Positions 1-9,550 of a DNA stretch of 64,000 nucleotides are shown piece by piece (the first letter of the stretch is position 1; each line of letters starts with the position of its first letter). A model generated the notes under the pieces. The model searched no databases. It saw only the letters and a program-made list of their open reading frames with translations, and was not told where the DNA came from. The position numbers were made by a program, and so were the translations under genes. Source of the DNA: an uncultured Actinomycetes bacterium (GTDB lineage: Bacteria > Actinomycetota > Thermoleophilia > RBG-16-64-13); the NCBI GenBank assembly GCA_963816155.1, contig CAWFJE010000002.1:130980-194979 (forward strand), read 5' to 3'.

Positions 1-803
1 GTGGCAAGCAGCTTGAGCGCTAGATTGCCGGCCTCAGCGCCCAGGATGGTGACGAACAGGTCGAGGGTCGCCCTGGCGAGTTCGCAGGGCCGGCCGGCGT
101 CGCTCGCCGCCGCGAGGACAGCGGGGGTGGGATCTTCCGACGCGCTTAGCTCTTCGGCCAGCCAGGCCGGCTCGGGAAGGCCGGTGGTCTTCAGATACGC
201 GTACAGGTTGGGGATGCCCAGACCTCCAGAGCAGACCCGCTCGAAGCTCACATGGTCGAACCCCTGGGCGTTCATGTACGCGAGAAGGCCGACCTGCAGC
301 GGGCCCACCGGTGCGAAAGCCGCGTGGCTGCCTTCGCAGCCGTGTGCGTGATAGGCGCCACCGTCATACGTCAAGTACCCCTCCCCGAGACCGGTCCCGG
401 GCGCGAGCACCGCGATGCTGCCGCCGGGCACCCGCGTGCCCGCACTCAGGGTATGGAGGTCCTCTTCTTCGAGCACAGGGATCGCGCAACCGATCGCTCG
501 CATGTCGTTCAGCAGGGCCACTTCAGACCAACGGAAGAACGACTGCAGAGCGGCCCCGTCCACCACCCAGGAAAGGTTCGTGATACGCGCGCGTCGCTCT
601 ATCACCGGGCCGGCCACCCCAAAACACGCGCGGCCTGTATCGATGGGGAACTCCTCGAAGAACTCGCCGATCATGTCCTCGAGCGTCTCGTGCTGCGCGC
701 TTGGATAGGTCTTGCGAGCCAACGCGTCACGCGGGCCCCTCTCGCTGGAGAAGACCGCCAGGATCGTCTTCGTTCCGCCGATGTCACCAATGAGCACGTT
801 CAT
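1..803 (-). CDS. glk: glucokinase (Glk family, PF02685), C-terminus runs off the left window edge
   Basis: Reverse-strand translation gives MNVLIGDIGGTKTILAV...GVAGPV...LNDMRAIGCAIP...AVLAPGTGLGEGYL...HGCEGSHAAFAP...FDHVSFERVCSGGLGIPNLYAYL, collinear with E. coli Glk motifs (VGDVGGTNAR, GAGTGLGVAHL, GEGGHVDFAP, HVSAERVLSGPGLVNLY). The ATG at 803-801 follows the upstream divergent region. Absent from the ORF track because no stop codon lies within the window. Confidence 0.8.
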   Translation of the reverse strand, partial: MNVLIGDIGGTKTILAVFSSERGPRDALARKTYPSAQHETLEDMIGEFFEEFPIDTGRACFGVAGPVIERRARITNLSWVVDGAALQSFFRWSEVALLNDMRAIGCAIPVLEEEDLHTLSAGTRVPGGSIAVLAPGTGLGEGYLTYDGGAYHAHGCEGSHAAFAPVGPLQVGLLAYMNAQGFDHVSFERVCSGGLGIPNLYAYLKTTGLPEPAWLAEELSASEDPTPAVLAAASDAGRPCELARATLDLFVTILGAEAGNLALKLLA

Positions 804-942
804 CGTTATGCTTCCCAGGAGTGGATTGAGTCGACCATATCGATACCCTATCAGAACATGCCGGTCAACCTGTGACCTGAGAGAATACTCCTGCAGAGAC
901 GCGGGTTGTCGAACGGCAAGAGGGTGGCAAAGGAGACAGATC

Positions 943-2424
943 ATGGGCATCCAGTACAACATTCTGCAGCGCGGATTCAGGAATCTCCCGAATGACTCGA
1001 GCCCAACAGGCTTCCAGTTGCTGGTGAAATCCAACTACTACAGGGGCGTGGTGCTGTCGCTCATCGACGATGTAGAGGTGAGTGTGGACGGCGTACGTTT
1101 CGAGCGCAGCCGCATCAGTTTCCAGACGGGAGGGCGGACATACCGGCTCCAGGAGATGGAGCAGGTGAGCGATGTACATTGGCCGTGGCTGGAACCGGCG
1201 ACGCTGATCGTCGACCACCCTGGCGGGCTGACACCGGGGGTACACGACGTGCTCGTGGTCGTGAAGCTCAGGATCTCGTACATGCCGTTCAATCCGCTCC
1301 CGTTCTTCTTCCACGAGAAGCTCGTGCTCATGCCCAGCGCTGATCCCGTCGCAACGAGGGTGGATGCGCCCCGGTTGAAGCTCTCCGCGTCGCTCTACAG
1401 CTACAACGGCGATCTTCAGGCCGGCACCATGACGCTGGAGGACTGTCTGGCCGACTTGTCAGAGATGGGTTGCGAGGGCGTGGAATTCCTTCCGGAGGCC
1501 ATCGTTCCCGACTACCCGGACCCCCCACGATCCTGGCTGAAGCAGTGGTTCGGTTGGATGGACAAGTACCGGCTCACTCCGGTGGCGCTTGACGGAGGAG
1601 CCGATACGAAACTCTACAAGAGCCGCAAGCTGGACGTGGATGAGATCGTCGACTTGATCGTCCAGGACCTGAAGCTGGCCAACACTCTTGGGTGCACGGT
1701 GTACAGGGGTCTGGGTAGTTCCTGGCCGTCCGCGCTCGACGTCTCCGCCAACGTGGGCAAAAAGACCGACTGGAAGGGAGGGATCACCCCTTTCCAGATC
1801 TACGAGAAGTTGCTGCCCTTCGCGGAGAAGTATGACGTGAAGATGGGAGAGGAGCTACACATTCCTTTCCTCATGGAGTCGGATTGGCTCGAGCAGACGA
1901 TCGAACTCATCGACAGAACCGGTACTGAGTATCTTGGGTTCGTTCCCGACCTGAGCATCTTCGCACGGCGTCCGCCTCACCAACTGGACCCCGAGACGCT
2001 GACGGGTGGCGGAATGTCGAGGGAGTTGGTCGATTACATCTACGAGTGTCGCGAGAACCTGCTGCCGGAAGAGGAGGTGAAGAAGAAGGTGATGGAGATG
2101 GGCGCCGGACCGATGGGAATTCCCGTCACCGCCATGATCTACCACCTGACGTATTCGACTAAGGAACGGAACGAAGCGGAGCAGTTGGCCGCACTGGTCC
2201 CCTATAGCGTGCATATACACGCCAAGTTCTGGGAGGTGCTCGAGGACTTGTCCGACGAGCGCAGCATCCCCTACAGCGAGATCGTTCCAGTGCTCGCTCG
2301 CGCGGGCTATTCGAACTACTTCTCCAGCGAGTACGAAGGGGATCGGACGCCATTCGTCGCGTCGAACCAGATCCGGCGGCAGCACCTCATGGTTCGGCAG
2401 ATGTGGGAGTCGGCGGACCGCTGA
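943..2424 (+). CDS. fusion protein: N-terminal ~130 aa DUF6379-like domain (resembles C-glycoside deglycosidase beta subunit) + C-terminal xylose-isomerase-like TIM-barrel sugar phosphate isomerase/epimerase (resembles C-glycoside deglycosidase alpha subunit)
   Basis: RBS AAGGAG 7 nt upstream of ATG 943 (MGIQYNILQRG...). The N-terminal stretch (GFQLLVKSNYYRGVVLSLIDDVEVSVDGVRF...LIVDHPGG) fits the ~130-aa DUF6379 proteins that partner TIM-barrel enzymes. The remainder (EGVEFLPE..., TLGCTVYRG, YSNYFSSEYEGD) is a TIM barrel of the AP-endonuclease-2 / xylose-isomerase-like fold. The longer ORF call from 712 would overlap the glk start. Confidence 0.6.
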   Translation: MGIQYNILQRGFRNLPNDSSPTGFQLLVKSNYYRGVVLSLIDDVEVSVDGVRFERSRISFQTGGRTYRLQEMEQVSDVHWPWLEPATLIVDHPGGLTPGVHDVLVVVKLRISYMPFNPLPFFFHEKLVLMPSADPVATRVDAPRLKLSASLYSYNGDLQAGTMTLEDCLADLSEMGCEGVEFLPEAIVPDYPDPPRSWLKQWFGWMDKYRLTPVALDGGADTKLYKSRKLDVDEIVDLIVQDLKLANTLGCTVYRGLGSSWPSALDVSANVGKKTDWKGGITPFQIYEKLLPFAEKYDVKMGEELHIPFLMESDWLEQTIELIDRTGTEYLGFVPDLSIFARRPPHQLDPETLTGGGMSRELVDYIYECRENLLPEEEVKKKVMEMGAGPMGIPVTAMIYHLTYSTKERNEAEQLAALVPYSVHIHAKFWEVLEDLSDERSIPYSEIVPVLARAGYSNYFSSEYEGDRTPFVASNQIRRQHLMVRQMWESADR

Positions 2425-2444
2425 CCCGTGACAGTGTCCGCAGG

Positions 2445-2783
2445 TCAGAGTAGTTTGGTCGCGTCCGCCTGGCGTGGGGTCTTGACCACCAAGAAGCGAA
2501 AGTCGGCGTCGCTCTCGTTAAACAGGCGATGAGGGACGCGGGCCGGGCTGTGGATCAGCATGTCTGCGGCCACTTCCTCGGTCTCACCCCCGATCTCCAC
2601 TTTGCCGGTGCCTTCCAGGACGTAGAAGAACGCATCCACCGGGGTGAGATGTAGCTTCAGGCCTTCGCCGGGTTTGAGTGTGATCATGCTCACCTGGACG
2701 TGCTCGGTGCTGTGCAGCCCGCGGGCGTCCACGCCGTGTGGGTTCTCGCTTCGTGCGGCTTCACGCGCCTTCACGATCTTCAC
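2445..2783 (-). CDS. cupin domain protein
   Basis: 112-aa ORF with a cupin two-motif core (HSTEHVQVSMITLKPGEG ... FYVLEGTGKVEIGGE ... PHRLFN); convergent with the upstream TIM-barrel gene. Confidence 0.6.
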   Translation of the reverse strand: MKIVKAREAARSENPHGVDARGLHSTEHVQVSMITLKPGEGLKLHLTPVDAFFYVLEGTGKVEIGGETEEVAADMLIHSPARVPHRLFNESDADFRFLVVKTPRQADATKLL

Positions 2784-2821
2784 TGGTCTCTCCTATCGTC
2801 CACGCGATTCCAGAACTGGGC

Positions 2822-3652
2822 CTAGGCCCTCCGAACCTCGATGTCGCCCAGGTTCTGATCCTTGACCGTGGCATCGATGGGACCGAGCTTCTGAGCAAGG
2901 TACCCGGGCTTCTCGATGAGCAGGGTGTAGGTGCCATCGGGGAGGTTCTTCAGCCAGAAGTCGCCATAGTTGTCGGTCTCGGTCGTGGTCTTCTCCCCCG
3001 TGGCCAGGTTGGTGGCGGTTACGGTGGCACCCATGGTGCACTCGTCGGCCTCCCGGTCATAGACGGCACCGGCGATCCACTTCTGGGGCAGGTTGAGGTA
3101 GTAGACCCGTGGGCGAGTGGGAAGCTCGGACTTGAGCAGTTCCGCCCCGGCCATGAGTTCCTTGATGGCGGGGTCGTCGTCATCCCCGAAGGTGAACGCT
3201 CCGGTGGGACAGGCGTCCGAGCATCGGGTCTCGGTCCAGCCCCGATCGAGGAGATGGGCGCAGAAGGTGCACTTCTGGGCGATGCCCAGGTCGTCGTTGA
3301 AATAGATTACGTTCTCGTAGGGGCAGGCCTCCATACAGAGCTGGTTGCCCCGGCACTTCTCGGGATCGATGATGACGATGCCGTCGGACCTGCGGTAGAT
3401 GGCGTTCACGTTGCAGGCGCTGATGCAGGGGGCGTCTTCGCAGTGTTGGCAGATGGAGTGGTGATAGGTGACCTGGACCTTGGGTACGGTGCCCCGCTCC
3501 AAGTTGATGACCTTGTTCCAGAACTGCCCCGTGTCCGGCTGCGGCTTGGCGATGGGAGACCAGTCGTTACCGACGTGCTCATCCTTGCAGGCCACCTGGC
3601 AATTGTGGCATCCGTTGCAGATCGAAAGGTCGATGATCATCACCTTGCCCAT
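2822..3652 (-). CDS. molybdopterin oxidoreductase beta (electron-transfer) subunit: multi [4Fe-4S] ferredoxin domain + C-terminal carboxypeptidase-regulatory-like beta-barrel domain; pyrogallol hydroxytransferase small-subunit-like
   Basis: MGKVMIIDLSICNGCHNCQVACKDEH...CQHCEDAPCISAC...CRGNQLCMEACPY...CTFCAHLLDRGWTETRCSDACPTG gives Cys clusters typical of DmsB-like subunits. The C-terminal TATNLATGEKTTTETDNYGDFWLKNLPDGTYTLLIEKPGY is a CarboxypepD_reg-like fold. The ATG at 3652-3650 overlaps the stop of the alpha gene (ATGA). Confidence 0.8.
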   Translation of the reverse strand: MGKVMIIDLSICNGCHNCQVACKDEHVGNDWSPIAKPQPDTGQFWNKVINLERGTVPKVQVTYHHSICQHCEDAPCISACNVNAIYRRSDGIVIIDPEKCRGNQLCMEACPYENVIYFNDDLGIAQKCTFCAHLLDRGWTETRCSDACPTGAFTFGDDDDPAIKELMAGAELLKSELPTRPRVYYLNLPQKWIAGAVYDREADECTMGATVTATNLATGEKTTTETDNYGDFWLKNLPDGTYTLLIEKPGYLAQKLGPIDATVKDQNLGDIEVRRA

Positions 3653-6252
3653 CAGGCACCGCCTTCCGTGAAGCCGGCCAAGCACGGTCCGGCGCTGATA
3701 TGACATTCCCGAGCGAACGCTTCCGGGTACTGGGCTGTGAGCGCTTCAAGGCTGACCTTCTCCACCTCTGCCAGGAACCCAGAGACCGCATGGCCGCAGG
3801 CGTTCTTGGAGGTGATGTTGCGCGGCACGATGGTGTTGATGGCGCCGCCACGGTCGATCACTCCGGGCACGATCGGGTCATATTTGGCTCCGTGATCCAT
3901 CCCCACAGCGCCCGGGATGATGCGCTCGGTGACATAGGCGCCGGCCAACACCGTCCCCCGCTCGTTGAGGATCGAGACCACGTCTCCGCTCTTGATCCCT
4001 CGGGCTTCAGCATCCACAGGATTGATCCAGAGGGGATGGTACTGGTATCCATCCACACCTCTCACCTTGCATGTCTCGATCTCGCGTAGCCAGGTGATAT
4101 CGTCGTGCTGGGAATGCACCCCCCACCGCGGGTGGTTGCTCATGACCAGAAGCGGATACTTCTTCGAGCGCTCCGTACCGATGGTCTCCTCATGGGAGAT
4201 TCCCTGCGGGATCCATTTGGGCACCGGCGGCCGCTCCAGATCGTCCGGGAAGTGCTCAGCCAAGCCGGTGGCGAAGAACTCGATCTTCCCGGTGGGCGTG
4301 CTCAAGGGGTACTTCTCCGGATCCTCGTAGAAGTTGATGAGCCCCGCGGGGATGCTTTCCCAGTCCGGATCGGTGGGTACGACGTAGTAGCCCTTTTCGC
4401 ACAGATCTTCCCAGGACACCAGAGGCGCCACGCGGGATGTCTCATAACCCAGCCTGATCAACTCGGGGATGGTCCTGCCGCCCGTGTACTCCTCCAGCAT
4501 GCCCAACCGGTCCGCGATCTTGCAGACGATCTCGTAGTCGCTGAAGGACTCCCCCAGAGGCTCGATGCACCTTTCTTCGGGAAACAAGAGGTTCATCTGC
4601 CCGCTGAAGATGTCGCTGCCGATATCGTCCTCTTCCAGCTTGGTGTTGACCGGAAGGATGATGTCGCAGAAGAGAGCGTCGTTCTCGAGCCACGGATGCT
4701 GGCACAGCATGAACTCGATCTCAGGCTTCCTGACCGCCTGTACGTAGTCGTTGCCGCTGTTCCAGCAGGTGATCCAGGAAGGCGAATCAGTCCAGATCAT
4801 GCGGATCTTCGAGCAACCGTCGGCCGGATACTTGTAGTGGACGAACTGGTTCTCGCGCATAGCGAACTCGCATTCGTTGCCCCACCAGTCGATCTCACCC
4901 TCAAGGATAGCCTTGGGAACGAGGCTCTTCGGGATGAACGAGGGATGATTGGTCAAAGCCGGGGTGCTTCCCGTGTAGGCAGCGCCCAGGTGGGTCAGCA
5001 CCGAGGGAGCCGGGGGTGACATCTGCTCCCAGTCGTCGAGGAGGCCCCACTCGATCATCTTCGATTGATTGCAGCCCGGACGGCCCAGACCCTGCATCGC
5101 GAGGCAGAGCACCTGAAGGCGCGCCGGCTCGGTGGCGTACGGGCCGCGGATGCCGGGGCCACCGTTCCCGATGACGACCGTAGTGCGTTTGGAAGCCCAC
5201 TCATCGGCGAGCGCCTTGATGATGCGGCTCGGCACTCCAGTTATGGGCGAAGCCCACTCCGGAGACTTGGGCACACCGTCTTCCGCACCCATGACGTAGT
5301 CCTCGAACTTGTCGACGCCGTAGGCGTGGGTCTCGAGATAGGCCTTGTCGTAGGTGCCGTTCTTGAACCACTGGTGGCAGATGGCCAGATAGAGCGCGGC
5401 GTCGGTGTTGGGGAGGATCGGGATCCACTTGTCGGCGTGCACCGCGTTCGCGTAGTTCACGTCTGGAGCAATGTAGATCTGCTTGATGCCCAGCTCCGTC
5501 CACCAGTAGCTCAGGCGGCTGGTGAGCTGACCCTGCCAGCCCCACACGGTCGTCTCTTGATCGCAGCCCCAGAAGAGAAGCAGTTCAGCGTTCTTGGAGA
5601 TGTCGTAGAGAAGGTTCTTCTGCGGCATTTGCTGACCGACCGGCTCGCATCCCCACACGTGTTTGGCCCCCCACCACCAGCCTTCCCAACTGTCGGCGTC
5701 GCGGACCTGAAGGGTGTAGCCACCCAGCATGGTGAGCAGCTTGCGCATGCAGCCGTGCGGACCGTGGACCACCTTGTTCTCACCGTGCTGGTCGGACTGG
5801 TTGAGGATGGCCGTGGGACCGTAGGTCTCCTGGACACGGAGGATCTCGCTCGTGACCAGATCGAGCGCCTCCTCCCAACTGATGCGGACATACTTGCTGA
5901 CGCCCCGGTTCTGGGGGTTGCGCTCCCCCTTCGGGTCCCAGTCGACCCGTTTCATGGGATACCGGACCCGCCCGGGAGAATAGACGCGCTTCTTGTACGC
6001 GAGACTGATGGGCGGGATGAGGCTCTTGTCACTGGGCTCGAATGTCGAACCCCGGGCATGCATGACCCAGGGCTTGACCTCTTCCTTGGAGTACTTCTCG
6101 TAGTAGCGGGCGGGACGGATACGGATCATCCGGCCGTCCTTGACATCGACCATGCATGCGTTGGCCCCATTGAAGACCCCGCACCAACTGATATCTCGAA
6201 CGAGGGTCGTCTCTCCGGCCGCGTTCGGCGGTCTCTTGACGAACTCACCCAT
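3652..6252 (-). CDS. molybdopterin (bis-PGD) oxidoreductase catalytic alpha subunit, DMSO-reductase superfamily, pyrogallol-phloroglucinol hydroxytransferase-like; no Tat signal and no N-terminal Fe-S Cys cluster
   Basis: Contiguous ~866-aa ORF. Motifs YPMKRVDWDPKGERNPQNRG, DSWEGWWWGAKHVWG, CIEPLGESFSDYEI, VDAEARGIKSGDVVSILNERGTVLAGAYVTE match the transhydroxylase branch. Preferred start is ATG at 6252 (MGEFVKRPP), preceded by AAGGGGGAG at 6 nt spacing. The ORF track's start at 6285 is GTG. Confidence 0.8.
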   Translation of the reverse strand: MGEFVKRPPNAAGETTLVRDISWCGVFNGANACMVDVKDGRMIRIRPARYYEKYSKEEVKPWVMHARGSTFEPSDKSLIPPISLAYKKRVYSPGRVRYPMKRVDWDPKGERNPQNRGVSKYVRISWEEALDLVTSEILRVQETYGPTAILNQSDQHGENKVVHGPHGCMRKLLTMLGGYTLQVRDADSWEGWWWGAKHVWGCEPVGQQMPQKNLLYDISKNAELLLFWGCDQETTVWGWQGQLTSRLSYWWTELGIKQIYIAPDVNYANAVHADKWIPILPNTDAALYLAICHQWFKNGTYDKAYLETHAYGVDKFEDYVMGAEDGVPKSPEWASPITGVPSRIIKALADEWASKRTTVVIGNGGPGIRGPYATEPARLQVLCLAMQGLGRPGCNQSKMIEWGLLDDWEQMSPPAPSVLTHLGAAYTGSTPALTNHPSFIPKSLVPKAILEGEIDWWGNECEFAMRENQFVHYKYPADGCSKIRMIWTDSPSWITCWNSGNDYVQAVRKPEIEFMLCQHPWLENDALFCDIILPVNTKLEEDDIGSDIFSGQMNLLFPEERCIEPLGESFSDYEIVCKIADRLGMLEEYTGGRTIPELIRLGYETSRVAPLVSWEDLCEKGYYVVPTDPDWESIPAGLINFYEDPEKYPLSTPTGKIEFFATGLAEHFPDDLERPPVPKWIPQGISHEETIGTERSKKYPLLVMSNHPRWGVHSQHDDITWLREIETCKVRGVDGYQYHPLWINPVDAEARGIKSGDVVSILNERGTVLAGAYVTERIIPGAVGMDHGAKYDPIVPGVIDRGGAINTIVPRNITSKNACGHAVSGFLAEVEKVSLEALTAQYPEAFARECHISAGPCLAGFTEGGA

Positions 6253-6380
6253 GCCGATCTCCCCCTTGTTCATTGGTCGAATCACTTGGAGTGGCCTGAG
6301 CCACGGTCAGCGTTCCTGGCGTCCACGTTACTGAGCGTACACTAAGGAATTGGGGCGGCTGTGTCAAACCGGCGCGGCCG

Positions 6381-7446
6381 TCAACCCACCGCCACCCGGC
6401 TCTGCATGCGACGCGCGAGCACCACGACCACGGGTATCAGTACCAGGGTCACGCCCACTGCGACCACGAGATCCACCCACACATCGGTGAGGCCCTTGCC
6501 CAGAACACCCACCTGCCAGATAGGATCGATCATCCAGAAGGTGGGGAAGATCTTGGCCACCCACTGGGGCCACTCGGGGAAGAGATAGAAGACCACCGGA
6601 GCAAGGATGAAGATGCCCGCCACCTTCGCCACAGCCATCATGGATACGGCGCTTCGGGCGGTCACGCCGAGAAGGACGCCGAGAATGGTCGCGAAGACGG
6701 AAGACACGAGAAGAACGATGATCATTGCCGGCGCGTTGCCCAGCGCCCCGTTCAGCGCCAGAGTGACCACCGACATGAGGAAGGCCAGGCTCACGCCCAG
6801 CAGCGCCTTCGCGGCGACCGCTTCGGACGCTTTGAGGGGGGTCACCAGCAATGCCGCCATCGTGCCCTTCTCCCCCTCCTCGATCAAACTCGCAGCCGGG
6901 ACGACAACACCCGCCATCACAAGCGCATACATCACCAGCATGGGGACGAGTCGCTCCGCGAGGGGAAGGGCGGCGGCATCGCCGAGAGTCACCAGCTTCA
7001 CGTCTACCGGGGCCTCTTGACCATCCAGGGCACGGACCGCATCCAGGGTGGTCACTTCAAGAATGATGCGATTCGACGCCAGGCTCTCTCCGCCGGCATA
7101 GATCTCCAACGGCGGCCTGCTCTCGGCGGCTATGGCGGCATCGAAATCCGAGCCGAGGACGACACCGACATCGATATCGTTGTTCTGGACGGCCCGTTTG
7201 AGGGCGGCAGCGTCGTCAAAGCGCGTCACCTCGATGTCCTCGGCAGTTGAGAGGGCGGCCGTGATCTGGGACTGCCCCGCATCGACGATCCCCAGGCGCG
7301 GTGTGGGCTCGAACAACGAGCCGAAGACCACCTGCACCAACAGTGTCATAGCGAAGGGCACGATGATCGCGGCCAGGAACAGGGGCGAGCGAGGTCCCAG
7401 CGAGTAGTCCTTGCGCAGCACTCTCCAGATTCGAGCAAGGCTCACA
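6381..7446 (-). CDS. ABC-2 family transporter permease
   Basis: Six-TM ABC-2 type permease with a large N-terminal extracytoplasmic loop. GTG start at 7446-7444 overlaps the upstream stop (GTGA). Confidence 0.7.
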
Positions 7447-8605
7447 GCGATGCGACCTTTCTCTTGAGCGTGAAGCGACCGAGCAGGTAGATGACCACCA
7501 ACCAGGCAAGTAGCGGTATGAAATAGATGGCCACGTCGTCCCATGACTCGCCGTAGGCCGTCACTCTGTGGAGCACCTCTACGAGGCCGTATGTGGGCAA
7601 CACCTTCACCAGCCAAGAGGAAGATCCGGGGAAAATGATCGCGACCGCCGGTATGGCCAGCGGCACGATGAGGAGCATCGTGTACAGCAGGGTGCCGATG
7701 AAATCCTTGGATGCAGCGCCGGTGATCATGGCGACGCCGGCGAACATCACGCCTCCCAGTATCATGGTGAGTAGCAGCAAGGGCCAGTTCGTGAGCGTGA
7801 ACGCCCCCATAGCCGCCAGGATGATGACTCCCTGGCCGGCGGCCATAAGCGCTCCGTAGGCCGTCTTGGCGCCCAGGACATCCCCCAGGCGAGCGGGAGT
7901 CGCGAGTATGGCGATCACCGTGCGCTGTCCGACCTCATTCGAGATCAGCACGGCGAGGGATAGGGTCTCGAGCATCAACACGAAGAAGGCGAAGAGGGCG
8001 CGAAACTGATCGCGCATCGACACCTGGGCGCCGGCTCGATCCTCGCCGAGGACCACCACGGTTTCCGCGGGAAGCGTGACCGGTAACTCATCGCCGCGCA
8101 GCCCATAGGCCAACTCTCGAACGAAACTGGTCATGGCCGCCCGCACGGCCGCTGCCGCCTCGGAGTCGGAGTAGATCACCACCGTGGTCTTCAGGCCTTC
8201 CGCGGTGTCGGCAGCGAAATCCGCGGGAAAGTCGACACCGATCTGCACCGAGACCCTGTCGGCGCCGTCCGGCTTCTCACCGCCGAACACGAAGGTCCCA
8301 TCCCCGGTCTTCCAGACATCGAGATCACCGGTCACCGCGGCCTTCAGGTCGTCGGTGGATGCGAATTCGACGAACGCCAAGCCCTCAGCCCCCGCGTACG
8401 CATCGAGCACCTGGTCCATGTCTTTCTGATGGATTCCAAGGACGAGCGTCTCGTCGACCGAACTGGGCATGATCCAGAAGACGGCCACGAGCACAACGAG
8501 CCCGAGGATGGATATCAGCATGATGAAGCGATTGCGGGAGAACTCCTGCAGGTCCTTGCGAAGGATGGCCGCCACGATGGCGGCGCGGGAAACCGGACGG
8601 CTCAA
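7442..8605 (-). CDS. ABC-2 family transporter permease
   Basis: 387-aa membrane protein (MSRPVSRAAIVAAILRKDLQEFSRNRFIMLISILGLVVL...). Its start overlaps the stop of the ATPase gene. Confidence 0.75.
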   Translation of the reverse strand: MSRPVSRAAIVAAILRKDLQEFSRNRFIMLISILGLVVLVAVFWIMPSSVDETLVLGIHQKDMDQVLDAYAGAEGLAFVEFASTDDLKAAVTGDLDVWKTGDGTFVFGGEKPDGADRVSVQIGVDFPADFAADTAEGLKTTVVIYSDSEAAAAVRAAMTSFVRELAYGLRGDELPVTLPAETVVVLGEDRAGAQVSMRDQFRALFAFFVLMLETLSLAVLISNEVGQRTVIAILATPARLGDVLGAKTAYGALMAAGQGVIILAAMGAFTLTNWPLLLLTMILGGVMFAGVAMITGAASKDFIGTLLYTMLLIVPLAIPAVAIIFPGSSSWLVKVLPTYGLVEVLHRVTAYGESWDDVAIYFIPLLAWLVVIYLLGRFTLKRKVASL

Positions 8606-9468
8606 GCCTCCAGCCCCCTTCCTGTCACGCGGATGAAGATCGACTCCAGCGTCGCTTCTTCGGTGTGAATGGTGAGCAGACCGTCGGACTGCGCGGCGCG
8701 CTTGAGCGCTTCGCCGGTCGCCTGATCATCCAACTCCAGTACCTGTTCGCGTACCCCGGCGCCATCGGCGCGGGTGCGCAGTCGTACCGATCGCCGGCCA
8801 TACTCGAGCTTGAGCGCCTCGGGTGTATCGAGCGCCACGACATGCCCTTCGTTGATGAAGGCGACCCGGTCGGACAGCATATCCGCCTCGAGCATATCGT
8901 GGGTGGTGAGAAGAACCGCCGCGCCACGGGCCGCCTCCTCCTTGATGGTCGTGCGTATGGCGGCCGACGTGGTGGGGTCCAAGCCGTCCGTGGGCTCGTC
9001 GAGGAAGAGGACCTTGGGCCCATTGATGAACGAGCGGGCGATCATCACGCGCTGGCGCATGCCCTTTGAGAAGGTCTTCACCCGATCGTTGGCCCGGTCG
9101 GCGAGCCCCACGCGGCGCAGCACCTCCAGAGCATCGAGATCCTTGATGCCGAACAGGCTGGCGTAGAAGCGCAGATTCTCTTTGGCCGACATATCGAGGT
9201 ATAGGTTCTTCTCCTCGAAGCACACGCCGATCTGCGCCTGTATCTCGCTGTTGTCCTGGCTGATGTCCTGCCCCAAGACCCGGGCGATGCCGGATTGCGG
9301 CGTGAGTTGCCCGGTAAGCACCTTGATGGCCGTGGACTTGCCGGCACCGTTCGGCCCCAGGAAGCCCAAGATCTCTCCCGGCTGAACCGTGAAGCTGATC
9401 CCCTTGAGCGCCTGGATCTTGCCGTAGGAATAGGTCAGGCCTTCGACACTGATGGCGGCTTCGGTCAA
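8602..9468 (-). CDS. ABC transporter ATP-binding protein (ABC-2 exporter ATPase)
   Basis: Walker A GPNGAGKST, signature FSKGMRQR, Walker B VLFLDEPTDGLD, H-loop TTHDM. Probable TTG start at 9468 is preceded by GGAAGGAG at 7 nt spacing. The longer ORF to 9543 lacks an RBS. Confidence 0.85.
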   Translation of the reverse strand: MTEAAISVEGLTYSYGKIQALKGISFTVQPGEILGFLGPNGAGKSTAIKVLTGQLTPQSGIARVLGQDISQDNSEIQAQIGVCFEEKNLYLDMSAKENLRFYASLFGIKDLDALEVLRRVGLADRANDRVKTFSKGMRQRVMIARSFINGPKVLFLDEPTDGLDPTTSAAIRTTIKEEAARGAAVLLTTHDMLEADMLSDRVAFINEGHVVALDTPEALKLEYGRRSVRLRTRADGAGVREQVLELDDQATGEALKRAAQSDGLLTIHTEEATLESIFIRVTGRGLEA

Positions 9469-9550
9469 CGTGCTGCTCCTTCCGTGTTGGCCGCTGAAGG
9501 GCGGACCCATGGACGTTTGCGGGGCACTCCGCGGGCAGCGCACGCGGCAC

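Noticed and set aside
712-942. 5' extension of the TIM-barrel fusion ORF (track start 712)
   Set aside because: Would overlap the glk initiation region on the opposite strand by 90 nt and lacks an RBS. ATG 943 has a strong AAGGAG.
5065-6345. 426-aa plus-strand ORF
   Set aside because: Antisense to the conserved Mo-enzyme alpha subunit; Arg/Gly/Val-rich GC-frame artefact with no motif.
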